From Camelus ferus (Eukaryota), in the NCBI RefSeq assembly GCF_009834535.1, contig NC_045697.1:75084001-75148000 (forward strand): a stretch of DNA of 64,000 bases. Direction: 5' to 3'. The notes under the pieces were generated by a model, which was given only the letters and a program-made list of their open reading frames with translations, was not told the origin of the DNA and did not search any database. This document shows positions 41,421 to 53,200 of the stretch, one piece after another. Within the stretch, counting starts at the first letter, position 1, and each line of letters begins with the position of its first letter. A program made the position numbers and the translations under genes.

Positions 41421-44129
41421 ATTATTTTTAAAGTATAAACTCAGTTTATCAATTTTCACATTAAGGCTCTGTTTCCAGATATAGATGAGAAAAGTTCCTT
41501 TCATCATGATAGAGATTAATATCTAAAATTAACTGTACATTTAAGGTATTCTGGAGGTTGTGCTCTGTGAATTTTAAAAGAGTATTTAATTCATTTCCCT
41601 CTTATTCAAATCAAAATATTTCATTCTACAAATCCCCTTTCATAGAAAGTCTCAAAGAAATGTAGAAAACATTGTATGTATATATAAAGTATGCTTTAAT
41701 TTCTTCTCAATCATAGTAAGTGTTTTGCTACTCGGAGAGCTACTACTGAAACTTAGAATATGTATTTGATCTACTCACAGGTATACAAGCTATACTCTAT
41801 TAAAATGTGAGTTTCATTTTTTTGGAAAGCAAAATAGAAGAAAACTGAGAGCCCTCTGGTGGGCATTACTTTAAGTTCCAAATATCATATATAGTATTTT
41901 CCTGATAGAATTTTCTAAAGATTAAAAAAGCATTATGTTTATAAACAGATCAGCAACAAAAAGTAGGATGAATTTTAAAAGTTATTTCAATTCCTAAAGT
42001 ATAATTTAAGTACATTAATTTTCCACAGAAAATGTCTGATTCTAACTAAATCTTCTACTAAAATAAAATCAATTAAAATCCATAGGAAAACTCACAAAAA
42101 GCAAGAATAAAAAATTCATTTTCTTATCCTCTCACATTGAGTTTAAAATAGATTCATCAAATTAAAATAGAAAGATGATGAAATTAGGAGTTTTCTAGTA
42201 CAAATTATTCAATGGACAGATACATTTTTTCCCATTTTTTCCTAATTAAGGTGAAATTCTCAAATTATAAAATTAAGCATTTTGAGTGAACTATTAAGTG
42301 ACATTTAGTACATTCACAATGCTATGTGCTACCACCTCTTCTACTTCCAAAATATTTTTACCCAAAAATAAAGGCCCATGCCCATTAAGCAATTACTCCT
42401 CCATCCTTCCTTCCTCAGTCCCTGGCAACCTCCAGTCTACTTTTTGTCTCTATGGACTTACCTATTCTGATATTTCATGTAAATGAAATCATACAACAAG
42501 TAGCCTTTTGTGTCTGGCTTCTTACACTTGGCATAATACTTCTGAGACTCATTTACATTGTAGCATGCATCATCATTTCATTCCTTTTATGGTTCCATAT
42601 TACATGTATATCAATTTTTTACCCTTGCATCTACTGATGGACATTTGGATTGTTTCTACCTTTGGACTATTGAGAATAGTGCTGATATGATCATTTGTGT
42701 ATGAGTATCTGTTTTGAGTACCTGTCTTTTCAGTTCTCTGGGGCATGTACATAGAAGGCGAATTGCTGGGTAATTCTGTGTTAACTTTTTGAGGAACCAC
42801 CAAACTTTTCCACAGTAGCTGCACCAAGGAATGTATGAAGGTTCCAGTTTTTCCACATTCTGACCAGTTTTTGTTATTATCTGTCTTCTTGACCGTAGAC
42901 ATTATGGTGGGTGTTAAGTGATGTATCTTTGTGGTTTTGATTTACATTTCCTAATGTATAGTAATATTGAGCATCTTTTCATGTACTTATTTACCATTTG
43001 TATATCTTCTTTGGAAAAATGTTTATTCAAGTACTTTGGTTGGTGGCCTTTTGTTGTTGAGTTGTTAAAGTGTTTATGTATTTTAGGTACCTATATATGA
43101 TTTGCCAGTATTTCCTCTCATTCTATAGGTTATCTTTTTACTTTTGTGATAATGTATTTTGGTGTACAAAAGTTTTTAATTTTGATAAAGTCCAAATAAT
43201 CTGTGTTTTCTTTTGTTTGCTCATGCCATTGGTGTCATATCTATGAATCCATTGCCAAACTAGAGGTCATGAAGATATACCCCATGCTTTCTTCTAAGAG
43301 TTTTATTGTTTTAGCTCTTTTTTTTTTAACATTTTTATTGAGTTATAGTGGTTTTACAATGTTGTGTCAATTTCCAGTGTAGAGCACAGTTTTTCAGCTA
43401 TACATGAACATACATATATTCATTGTCATGTTTTAATTTTGCTACCACAAGATCTTGTATATATTTCCCTGTGCTATACAGTATAATCTTGTTTATCTAT
43501 TCTGCATTTTAAAATTCCAGTCTGTCCCTTCCCACCCCCCTGCCCCCTTGGCAACCACAAGTCTGTATTCTATGTCTATGAGTCTGTTTCTGTTTTGTAT
43601 TTATTTTTTTTTTTTTTTGATTCCTCATATGAGTGATCTCATATGGTATTTTTCTTTCTCTTTCTGGCTTACTTCACTCAGAATGACATTCTTCAGGAAC
43701 ATCCATGTTGCTGCAAATGGCGTTATGTTGTCAGTTTTTGTGGTTGAATAGTATTCCATCGTATAAATATACCACCTCTTCTTTATTCAGTCATCTGTTA
43801 ATGGACATCTAGGCTGCTTCCATGTCTTGGCTATTGTAGTGCTTCTATGAACATTGGGGTGCAGGTGTCATTTTGAAGCAGGGTTCCTTCTGGATATATG
43901 CCCAGGAGTGGGATTCCTGGGTCACATGGTAAGTCTATTCCTAGTCTTCTGAGGAATCTTCATACTATTTTCCACAGTGGCTTTCCTTGCTTCTCTCTCC
44001 CACTCTTAATGATTTAGATGTCTTTTTTTTTTTTTACAATTTTGTGTTTATTCTTTTTGTAATTCATGGCAGTTGTCTCCTTTCCAGTTATGAGTTTCTC
44101 ATTTTTGTAGCATCCTGCTTCTTTTCTAT

Positions 44130-45019
44130 TTAGAGTAGACCTGTCAATATTTCTTTTAGCATGGGTTTAGTGTTGCTAAACTCTTAGTTTTTGCTTGTCT
44201 GTGAAGTTCTTGATGTCTCCTTCTATTCTAAAGGATAGCCTTGCTGGATAGAGTATCCTAGGCTGCATCTTTTTTTCATTCAGGGCTTTGAATATATCTT
44301 GCCACTCCCTTCTGCCTTGTAGTGTTTGTGTAGAGAAGTCAGCTGAGAGCCTTATGGGGGTTCCCTTGTAACTCACTCTTTGTTTTTCTCCTGCTGCCTT
44401 TAGGATCATTTCTTTATCCTTGACTCTGGCCATCTTGATTATGGTATGTCTTGGTGTGAGTCTGTTTGGGTTCTTCCTGTTTGGGACCCTCTGAGCCTCC
44501 TGTACTTGGATATCTGACTCCTTTAGGTTTGGGAAGTTTCCAGTCATGATTTCTTCAAATACCTTTTCAATCCCCTTTGTTCTTTCTTCCCCTTCTGGAA
44601 CCCCTATTATGTGTAGATTGGCACGCTTTATATTATTCCTTAGGTCCCTTATATTGTTTTCATTGTTTTTTATTTGTTTTTCTCTCAGCTGTTCTGATTG
44701 GGTGATTTCTGTTGTCCTGTCTTCTAGGTCATTTATTCGTTCCTCTGGATTATCTAGCCTGCTTTGTACAGCCTTTAGGTCAGCTCTCTTCTCAGCAAAT
44801 GAGTTTACTAATTCTATTTGGTTCTTCTTTATAGCTTCTATTTCATTTTTGACACATTTTATATCTCTAAACACTATTTCTTTTAGTTCCTTCAGTACTT
44901 TGATCTCTTCTTTTTTTGAAATCTTGATCTAGTAGGCCTATTTCCTTGATCGTGCTTTCAGGGGATTTCTCTTGCTCTTTTAATTGGGAGTGGTTCCTCT
45001 GCTTCTTCATATTGCTCAT
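44130..45019 (-). pseudogene. L1 ORF1p, complete span with two apparent frameshifts
   Basis: ATG at 45019 (MSNMKKQRNHSQLKEQEK); 232-aa open core 44176-44874 (NLHIIGVPEGEE, QEAQRVP, GTPIRLSADFS, PRILYPARLSF); shifts at the T7 run 44911-44917 and ~44183; TAA at 44130-44132. Confidence 0.93.
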
Positions 45020-45099
45020 ATCTCTCTGGCACTGTGGCTTAAGGAGTATCAGTTATCTAGTTCTCCTGGAGACTCTGTGCTTTTAAGGATCGAGAGGTC

Positions 45100-46361
45100 T
45101 TTGTGTCTTCGCCCTGTTTCATGAACTCAGCTTGCTGTTTCCAGAGGCCCTTTGTTGGCGCCCTTGTCTGTGCTGCTCCTAGTGGCTGTCGGCTAGCAGA
45201 TCGTGCCCTCTCCCAACACTGGGTCAGGTGCTGAGCTCTTACCAGGTGGGCGGGCGGGTCACTCCCCCTCCCAATGCCACAGTCAGATGCTGCACTTGGG
45301 CGAGGCAGGTGGGAGGATCACGCCCCCTCCCAGCACCATGGTCAGGTGCTGCATTCCTACCAGGAAGGCAGTTGGCTGCCTACCCTCTCCCAGCGCCGGT
45401 CACTCCACTGCTCTGTGCAGCTGCCCGCTCCGCCTCAGGTCAGTGCTCTGAAGGCAGGTTCGGGGAAGACCGCAGAACGGCCATGCCCCTGCTCCATGCC
45501 AAATCTCAGCTCCTTGTTTGTCTTGGCATGAGTTCTCAGAGGTGCCAGAGCAGAAAGATCCTGTCTGCCTCGGGCTGTAAATAAGTCTCAGTCCTGCCTT
45601 GGAGGTTGCGGAGCCCCCCCCCACCCCCCACCCCCCGCCGTGTGAATTCAGGTCTCATCCCCGCTCCCTCCTGGGCGTATACACATGAGGAGATGGCCGC
45701 TGTGGCTGAGCCCCGCCTCTCTTCTTAGGAGAAGCGCCAGTAATGGCGGCGCAGGTCTGAGGAGACAAAGTCTATGGTGCTCCTCCTCCCAGGGCACACC
45801 AGCTATGTTGCTTTGCTTTTTTTGCAATTTATGGGGGACCGAGGTTGTTCTGCTCCATATCCCCTTCCAGCATGCAGCCCCCTGCAGTCCCCCAGGGCTG
45901 CCTCAGTACAGCCGCCCCTGTCCTCCGCCTGGCTCAGGTGGCCTGTCCCATCCCCAGCAGCCAGCTCACATCTAGGGCTGGGTATTGTGGGGACCCTCTG
46001 TGCCTGTTTAACTCAGTTCTGTCGGTCAAGGGGTGCTCGGGGCATATCTGAGCCTTGGAGGCTCCCCTTCCGTCCCACTGGTCTCTCCGTTGGAGAGGGG
46101 AGACCCAGCGAACGAGTGCCAGTCTTCCTTTGCCACTCCCTCCCCGCAGAACTGACCCTGCACTGTTTTGCTTTTTCATCATTCTTTTTTCCTTTTCTCC
46201 TACCAGATTTTTGGCATCTTTGTCTTTTGAAGAGGGTGATGTTCTGTCGGAGTTCGGCAGGTGCTCTGGTTGGCTAAGTAGGTCCATAGATGTGAGTTTT
46301 GGTGTATTTGTGGGAGAGGGTGAGCTACAAGTGTCCTTATACTCTTCCATCTTGCTTCTCC
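45100..46361 (-). promoter_or_regulatory. L1 5' UTR internal promoter, GC/CpG-rich
   Basis: Only clearly GC-rich kilobase in the window; YY1-like CAAGATGG at 46346-46353. Confidence 0.75.
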
Positions 46362-48264
46362 TTGTTTTAGCTCTTATAGTTAGTCTTTGATTCATCTTGA
46401 GTTAATTTTTATATATGTTGTTAGGTAGAGATCCAACTTCATTCTTCTACATGTGACTATGCAGTTGTCCCAGCACAATTTGTTGAATAGACTGTTCTCT
46501 GCCAATGAATGGTCTTGGCATTCTTGTCAAAAGCAATTGGGCAAAGATATACAGGCTTATTTTGGACTCTCAGTTGTCCGAAATTCCATTGTCTGTATGT
46601 CTGTCCTTATACCAGTACCACACTGTTTTGATTACTGTAGCCTTGTAGTAAGTATTGAAATTGGGAGGTGTGAACACTCTGACTAAATTATTTTTCTAAA
46701 TTATTTGCCAGTCCATTGCCCTCTAGGGTCCACATAAATCTGAGAAACTGCTTTCTCCATTTGATAAATAAAGCCATTAGAATTTAGATAGAATTTATAG
46801 ATCACTTTAGGTAATATTGCCATCTTAGTAATATAAATTCTTACAATCTAAGAGCATGGGATGTCTTTTCATTTATTGAGGCCTTCCTTAATTTATTCAT
46901 AGTTTTAGCAGTGTTTTATAGCTTTCAATGAACAACTCTTTCACTTCCTTGATTAAATGTTTTACTAGCTATTTTATTCTTTTGGATGCTATTGTAAATG
47001 AAATCGTTTTTCTAATTTCATTTTTGGGTTATTCCTGCTTATGTCTAGAAATGTAGTTGATTTTGGTGTGTTACTCATGTATCCTGCAACTAAACCCTGC
47101 TGAATTTGTTCATTAGCTCTGTTGGCTTCTTTTGTACATAATTTAGTTAGTCCATAAAAGTTTTTAAATCTTTGGGGAAAGTAGTATATATAATTTCAGA
47201 GATTTAATATTAATTTAACTATCCATAAAGCAATATATTTCAAATAATCCTTCATTACTGTTATAATCAGAAAAAAAATGCTTGTTTAATTTAATTGTCA
47301 TAATTTAATTGTGTTTCATTTAATGTTATAATTCTTAGTAACCAGCAAAGAACCATGTACATAATAATTTTGTAATTATTTCTTAATTCAGGCTGTATTT
47401 ACACAGGCTAAATACCCCTAGTTTTAATCATTTTATGAAGCTTAATTTAAGAATTAGTTAGACCGTATCTCCTCTCAAACTATACGGATGCCTGTTCTTG
47501 TGTATGCAAGCCTGACATGTGGGGAGAATCTGCACACAAAATTTAAAAGGAAACCAGTCTATAAATCCTGTATGCTGTAATGAAGTTACAATAATAAAAA
47601 TGGAAAAATGATGCCTAAGCACAAGGCAACAGGGGTGATACCTGCATTTTAGAGCTTAAGTCTATAGGTAGGGAGACAAAGAGGAAGAAAGAGGTGAACA
47701 GTCTCTGTGGAGTGTTCCTGCGGATGAGGCGAGGGAGGGTAACTTTGAGAAGAGGGAGTAGATATGACTAAGACACTGTTGGATACAAGCATAAAGAACA
47801 GCAAGGGCAAGAAAACACAATTTCTCTGCCTCTCACCATGCCGTCATACATGCCATCATAGAAAATCAGTGGATATTGAACCATGAATCAACAGTAAAGC
47901 CAAGTTAGTTAAAGTGATCTTTCAGCCAGTTGGTTCTAAATTATCTATGTATCCTGATGTCTAATTGTTTTTCAGGAACCCCAACAACTTAATTTCAGTT
48001 GTGTGTTTATTATAGATGGGGGAGTTCTAGAATGTCCTCTGATATTTTTCAGTAAAACCAAATTGTGTCCCATAATAGGTATGGTGATTGAATTCACTAA
48101 TTTCAAAGTAGGGTTGCAAAGAGAGCAGAACCCTCACTGGTAACATGTAGGAGAAATAGGCCAGATCTAGAAGAAAGCCACGGCCTTTCCCGTATCTATT
48201 TCTTTTAGGTAGAAGAATAGTTGTTTGAAGGAACCCAATTCCTGAGACATAGTCCCTGTATCGA

Positions 48265-48826
48265 AGCCTCCAGCTTTGTTCTTTTTCAAGATTGTTCTGG
48301 CTGTTTGGGGTCTTTAGTGCTTCTGTATGAATTTTAGAATTATTTTTTCTGTTTCTATAAAAATGCCATTGGAATTTTGATAGGGATTGCATTGAATCTG
48401 TAGATCACTTTGAATAGTATGGACATTCTAACAATATTGTATTCCAGTCCATGAATGTGGGATTTTTTTATATTTGTGTCTTCTTCAGTTTCTTTCAGCA
48501 CTATTTTATAGTTTTCAGTATACAAGTACTTTATTTGCTTAGTTAAGTTTATTTCTAAATATTTTATTCTTTTTGATCCTATTGTAAATTATACTGTTTT
48601 CCAAATTTCCTTTTCACATAGTTTATTTGTGCAGTTGATTTTTGTATATTGATTTTGTATCTTGCACCTTCATTGATTTTTGTTTAGTGGTTAAAACAGT
48701 TTTTGTGGATCATTAGGGTTTTCTATATATAAGATCCTGTAATTTGTAAATAGGGATAGTTTTACTTCTTTCTTTCCAATTTTGAATGCCTTTTATTTCT
48801 TTTTCTTGCCTAATTGCTCTGGCTAG
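48265..48826 (-). mobile_element. L1M ORF2 fragment
   Basis: CCAGCTTTGTTCTTTTTCAAGATTG...GATAGGGATTGCATTGAATCTGTAGATC. Confidence 0.88.
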
Positions 48827-49684
48827 TGACAGCCACATCTTAAGAAACATAGCAAGTAAGACAGCTAAGCCTATGTTCACCATTATAAAGATGAAATTAA
48901 AAATGTATTTACTCTTTTATTTATAACAAACTTACTCTCAGAAATAGTACGAACATTATTAGGTAGTCTAGCTTCTAAAGAATAATTCGAGGTGAGTGAA
49001 TTTTATGATTTGAGCCTGTTGATGAATAGTTTATTGTAATGTTCAAGCTAGCCGACTTCTACAAATACCTGCAATTTAAACAGTTTTTGTGTAAGTCTGT
49101 GACATTTTCTTTGGATGAAAGACAACACAGTTCTTTAACTTAAAAAATAAGAGTATTAAAATAAAGCATTTCGGTTACAATCAGTCAAGATATTAATTCA
49201 GAAAGATTTTCCTTAATATCACATATCCCATGGCAAATGCTATGTCCATTTTCTTAGTAATCTTCTCTTATTACTACTCTATCTCCAGTATCAGTTTTTG
49301 ACCTTTCCAGATATAAGTAATTGGATTTTCAGCAGCATAGGAGAAACATCATAATGTCACAGAGTGTAATATCAAACTTCTGATATACCTATCAATGAAT
49401 CCTGGGAAATGTGAGTTATCTCCTGACAAAATGATACTCTTAAAAAAATGTGGCTGCATTTTTTTCAGTTATGTTCTGAATAGAATAGATCATAGTTTCT
49501 GGAATGTCAGTTTCTTGGATATCTATGTTAAAGAGATTTAAGAGTATTTCTGGAAAAGCAAATCTCTCATTGGCCTCATGACTTATTTATTTCCCAAGTT
49601 TGTATTTCTTTTTTCCTTAGGATCAAATCTCCTCTGTCACTGTCTCAGAAATTAGTAAAGTATTACTTCTTTCCAGATGTCTTT

Positions 49685-50049
49685 TGTTATGGAGCGAATT
49701 ATGTCCTAAATATCATAGGCTGAAGCCTAATCCTTAGTATGATTTTATGATCTTTAAGAAGATAATTAAGGTTACATGAAGTCATAAGGGTGGGACCCTA
49801 ATCCAATAGGACTGATATCCTCATGAAAAGAGGAAGAGATATCTACACAGGCATAGAGAACAGGCCATATGAGGAAACAACAAGAAGGGGGCTGTCTGCA
49901 AGCCGGGAAGAAAAGTCTCACCAGAAACCAACCCTGCAGATACCTTGATCTTAGACTTTCAGGCTCTAGAATTTAAGAAAATAGGTTTCTACTGTTTAAG
50001 CCATCTAGTTTCTAGTATTCTTCTATGGCAGACCTAGCAGACTAAGACA
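49685..50049 (+). mobile_element. MLT1B-like solo LTR
   Basis: TGTTATGG start, ATAATTAAGGTTA.ATGA.GTCATAAGGGTGGG.CCCTAATCCAATAGGACTG, GACTAAGACA end. Confidence 0.88.
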
Positions 50050-50054
50050 GATTT

Positions 50055-50376
50055 TGAGACAGATTGAGAAGGACATTTATTATAAGGAATTGGCTCATGT
50101 GATTATGGAGCCTGGAGAATCTAAAATCTTCACTGTGGAAGGGCAGGCTGGAGACCCAGGAGAGCAAGTGGTGCAGATTTAGTCTGAAGGCAGTCTGATG
50201 AAAAATTTCCTCTTCCTCAGGGAGGCCAGTCTTTTTCTTCTATTTAGGCCTTCAACTGGTAGGATGATACCCACCTACATTATTGAAGGCAATCTGCTTA
50301 CTTATAGTTCACTGATTTGAATATTAATATCATCAAGAATACACTCCAAGTTGACACATAAAATTAATCATTAACA
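50055..50376 (-). mobile_element. MLT2-like (ERVL) LTR fragment
   Basis: TTTATTATAAGGAATTGGCTCATGTGATTATGGAG ... CCAAGTTGACACATAAAATTAA.CAT..CA. Confidence 0.85.
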
Positions 50377-50657
50377 CCTTGTATAGGTATTTTTCAAATT
50401 GTGCTTAAACAATATAGTCTAAAATTACTGCATTGCTTTCTCCTTCTGATTTTACAATATCTCCTTTTAATTTTGAAATGTTACTTCTATAAAAATCCTA
50501 GGACATACTATATGCATCTTTCACTTGGTTAATCATGTGTTTCATCATAATATGTAGTTGCCTGAGGGAAATGATCTTTCAGTGATTGGTTAAGAGTTTT
50601 CCTCCTACATTTATTTGAATAGTTTTAGTTTTTTCCTTTTATAAAAATGAACAACAT

Positions 50658-50737
50658 GGAGGGAGGTAGCTCAGTGGTAGAGCATGTGCTTAGTATGCGC
50701 AAGGTCCTGGATTCAATCCTCAGTACCTTCATTCAAG
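50658..50737 (+). mobile_element. tRNA-Ala-derived SINE (camelid vic-1-like), not a functional tRNA
   Basis: A box TAGCTCAGTGG, degenerate B box GATTCAATCC, tRNA-Ala(AGC)-like body with substitutions; degenerate TSD AAAATGAA.... at 50644 and 50738. Confidence 0.8.
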
Positions 50738-51691
50738 AAAATGAATGATACCTATAAAAGAACATTCATTGAATAAAAATACAGCGTAATTCAGATGTTA
50801 TGTCAGAAAAACCTACATGCAAGGAGAGCCCCAGCATTTAACCTCAGTACTATTTGGAATTGGAAGTTTCCAAATAGGATTTCATTCATTGTAAAATGAT
50901 ACAGAGTTCAAATATAGTTCAGTGATAATGATATCAGTATCTAAAAAAAAATCAGTTCTGATACATAACTTAATAACATTTATTTTTGAAAATGATCATT
51001 CACATTTACCAAAAAGCCCTTCTGACAAGGAGGAATGTAAGAGTCAAGACTGATGTTTTATTTCATCTATCTGGTTAGCCATAACAATATCAATATGTGC
51101 TGTTTTTTTTTTAACCTGAACTGACAGTTATGAATAATCAAGCTATTTCATATCTGTAATAGATTTTAGTATCATGGGATCTGTCATCCTGAACTTAGGT
51201 CATTTATAGCCTTAGTTGCTTTTTATCTACTTTATTCCTGCTGTATCTGTGTGCCAATAGCCATGCCTACAAGTTTTTTTTCTGAGAGAGAGCATCTCTT
51301 TCTTAATTACCTTTAACTTATGATTATCAGTCTTACCTTGGAGAACCGTTCTCTTATTTTCTTTACCTTCTGCCATTTTGTCCAACTGAAAGGATTTATT
51401 CAGTGCCACTTAGTAATTCAAAGATTTTAATAAAAAGTCTGTCTTAGCTCAGAATACTACAATGAAATATTACATACTTAGTTTATTAACAACAGAAATT
51501 TATCTCTCACAGTTATGAAAGCTGAAAGTTTGAGATAAGGGTGCCAGCCTGATAGGGTTTCTGCTAAGAGCACTCTTCGAAGTTTGCAGATGGCTGAATT
51601 CTCACTGTATCTTCTCATGGTAGAAAAAGAATTAGATATCTCTTTGGTCTCTTCTTATAAGGACACTAATCTCACTCAAGAGGGCTCCATC

Positions 51692-51693
51692 GT

Positions 51694-51748
<55 letters not shown>

Positions 51749-51855
51749 TGTTCATGTATAACTGAAAAATTGTGCTCTACACTGGAATTTGATACGACAT
51801 ATAAAAATGATTATAAATCAATAAAAAATGTTAAAAAAAAAAAAAAAGGAAAGAA
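51692..51855 (+). mobile_element. Very short young L1 3' end with 14-bp TSD
   Basis: TSD AAGAGGGCTCCATC at 51678-51691 and 51856-51869; TGTATAACTGAAAAATTGTGCTCTACACTGG; AATAAA and poly-A. Confidence 0.93.
51697..51748. repeat. (GATA)13 microsatellite
   Basis: 13 perfect GATA units. Confidence 0.95.
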
Positions 51856-52149
51856 AAGAGGGCTCCATCCACTTCATGAACTAATTACCTCCCAAAGGCC
51901 CACCTCCAAATATTATCTGATTGGAGAATAGATTTCAACATGTGAATTTGTGTGTGGGGAGGTGGACAAAAGCCTTCTGTTCATTACAAAAGTGAACACA
52001 ACTCTTGGTATGTCTTCTGACCGCAGTATAAGTTTTAACTGACTTTTATTGCTTCAAAGGCCTCCTCAGTTTTTCTCAATTTATCACAAATGAGAAACAC
52101 CTGTGTTTTTTATCTTGGAAAATGTTGGACTATTTGGAGTACTTGGTTT

Positions 52150-52867
52150 TCTTTTATTCCTGAAAACTGGCCGGTTCATTTCTTAGCTCATCTCTTTCTT
52201 GTATCACCTTATTTGTGTGCAACCATGGCACAGTAATAGTATTGCTTCCTAATCTCTTTTATCTAAAACCACAAACTAAATAGTACATTATGTGCCTTCC
52301 CAATAATGTGCCTTTATTACCTAATGTTTTGTACAGAATAATGTGGATTGTCATCTTCCCAGACACCTATAGAAATGTCCTTGGTACTTGCTGCCCAGCA
52401 CCAGAGTCAAAGACATTTAGGATTTTTTCATTGAAACCCCATTTCTGGCACCAGTTTCTGTATCAATCAATATAGCTAAGTTATACTGTGATAACCAGTG
52501 ATCCAAATATCTAAGTGATCTACCAAAACAATTATTTTTTATCATGTTATATATCCATTTGGGGTCAACTGCATGTATTCTTCACTCCAGGACCCAAGCT
52601 GATAGACCTGACCCACTTATGGGGCATGCTGATCTCACAGCAGACAAATAAGAGAGAGGGTAATAGATAAGACTACAGCCCTTCAGCTTTTGTTTAGAAG
52701 TAGCACAGTTCCCTTCATTTCAAATTCAACAGTACAAAGCAAATCACATTCCAAAACTGATGTAACTAGGGCAAGAATGTATTATCCTCTAATAGAGAAG
52801 TGCTCCTTGGGATGGACTCAGTTGCGAGCAAAAGCAAAACTTTTGGAAGATAACACAATATTCCACA
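52150..52867 (-). mobile_element. Old MLT1 LTR (~52459-52867) with adjacent internal remnant
   Basis: CCCCATTTCTGGCACCAGTTTC|TGTAT int/LTR junction; CTCCAGGACCCAAGCTGA motif. Confidence 0.6.
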
Positions 52868-52869
52868 TA

Positions 52870-52950
52870 TTTTTTTTTAATTGAAGTATAGTCAGTTTAC
52901 AACGTTGTGTCAATTTCTGGTGTAAAGCATGATAGTTCAGTCATATATAT
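52870..52950 (-). mobile_element. Tiny L1 3'-end insertion
   Basis: poly-T then AATTGAAGTATAGTCAGTTTACAA.GTTGTGTCAATTTCTGGTGTA. Confidence 0.8.
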
Positions 52951-52959
52951 TTTTTTAAA

Positions 52960-53200
52960 TAATAATAATACCTAACGCTTGCTGATCATTCACTGTGAGC
53001 TAAGTATTGTTCTGAGTACTTTATCTGTAGTTAGTTCATTTTTACACCATTATATAGGAAATAGTACTACCCCCATTTTACAGATGAAGGAATTTAGGCC
53101 CAAAGAATTGAAAGATTATTTATGTGAAAAGTCACATAATTTGCCACACTTATATTTGAACAAGTATTCCTAGTGCCAGACTCTGGACTCAGTCATTACA
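52960..53200 (-). mobile_element. MIR SINE
   Basis: CCCCATTTTACAGATGA.G.AA.T.AGGCCCA core. Confidence 0.82.

Larger units (their letters stand above)
43320..46361 (-). mobile_element. Young L1 with complete 5' UTR, ORF1 and 3' end but lacking almost all of ORF2; 14-bp TSD
   Basis: TSD TTGTTTTAGCTCTT at 43306-43319 and 46362-46375; starts GGAGAAGCAAGATGG; junction at ~43982; 3' end closely matches the 5245 copy. Confidence 0.95.
42235..47140 (-). mobile_element. L1MB-like element (42235-43319 and 46362-47140) split by a young L1
   Basis: CCCTGGCAACC..CAGTCTACTTT.TGTCTCTATGGA.TT.CCTATTCTG 3' UTR; ORF2 antisense resumes exactly after the TSD. Confidence 0.88.
51440..51988 (-). mobile_element. 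MLT1A-like solo LTR split by an L1 3' end
   Basis: ACAACAGAAATTTAT.TCTCACAGTT, CTTATAAGGACACTAATC, ACCTCCCAAAGGCCCACCTCC motifs. Confidence 0.88.

Noticed and set aside
45203..46395. Cluster of overlapping ORFs on both strands (possible ORF0-like peptides)
   Set aside because: Expected from the stop-poor GC-rich L1 5' UTR; no similarity I can recognise.
50658..50731. Functional tRNA-Ala gene
   Set aside because: Stem and anticodon substitutions, a degenerate B box and a TSD indicate a retroposed copy.
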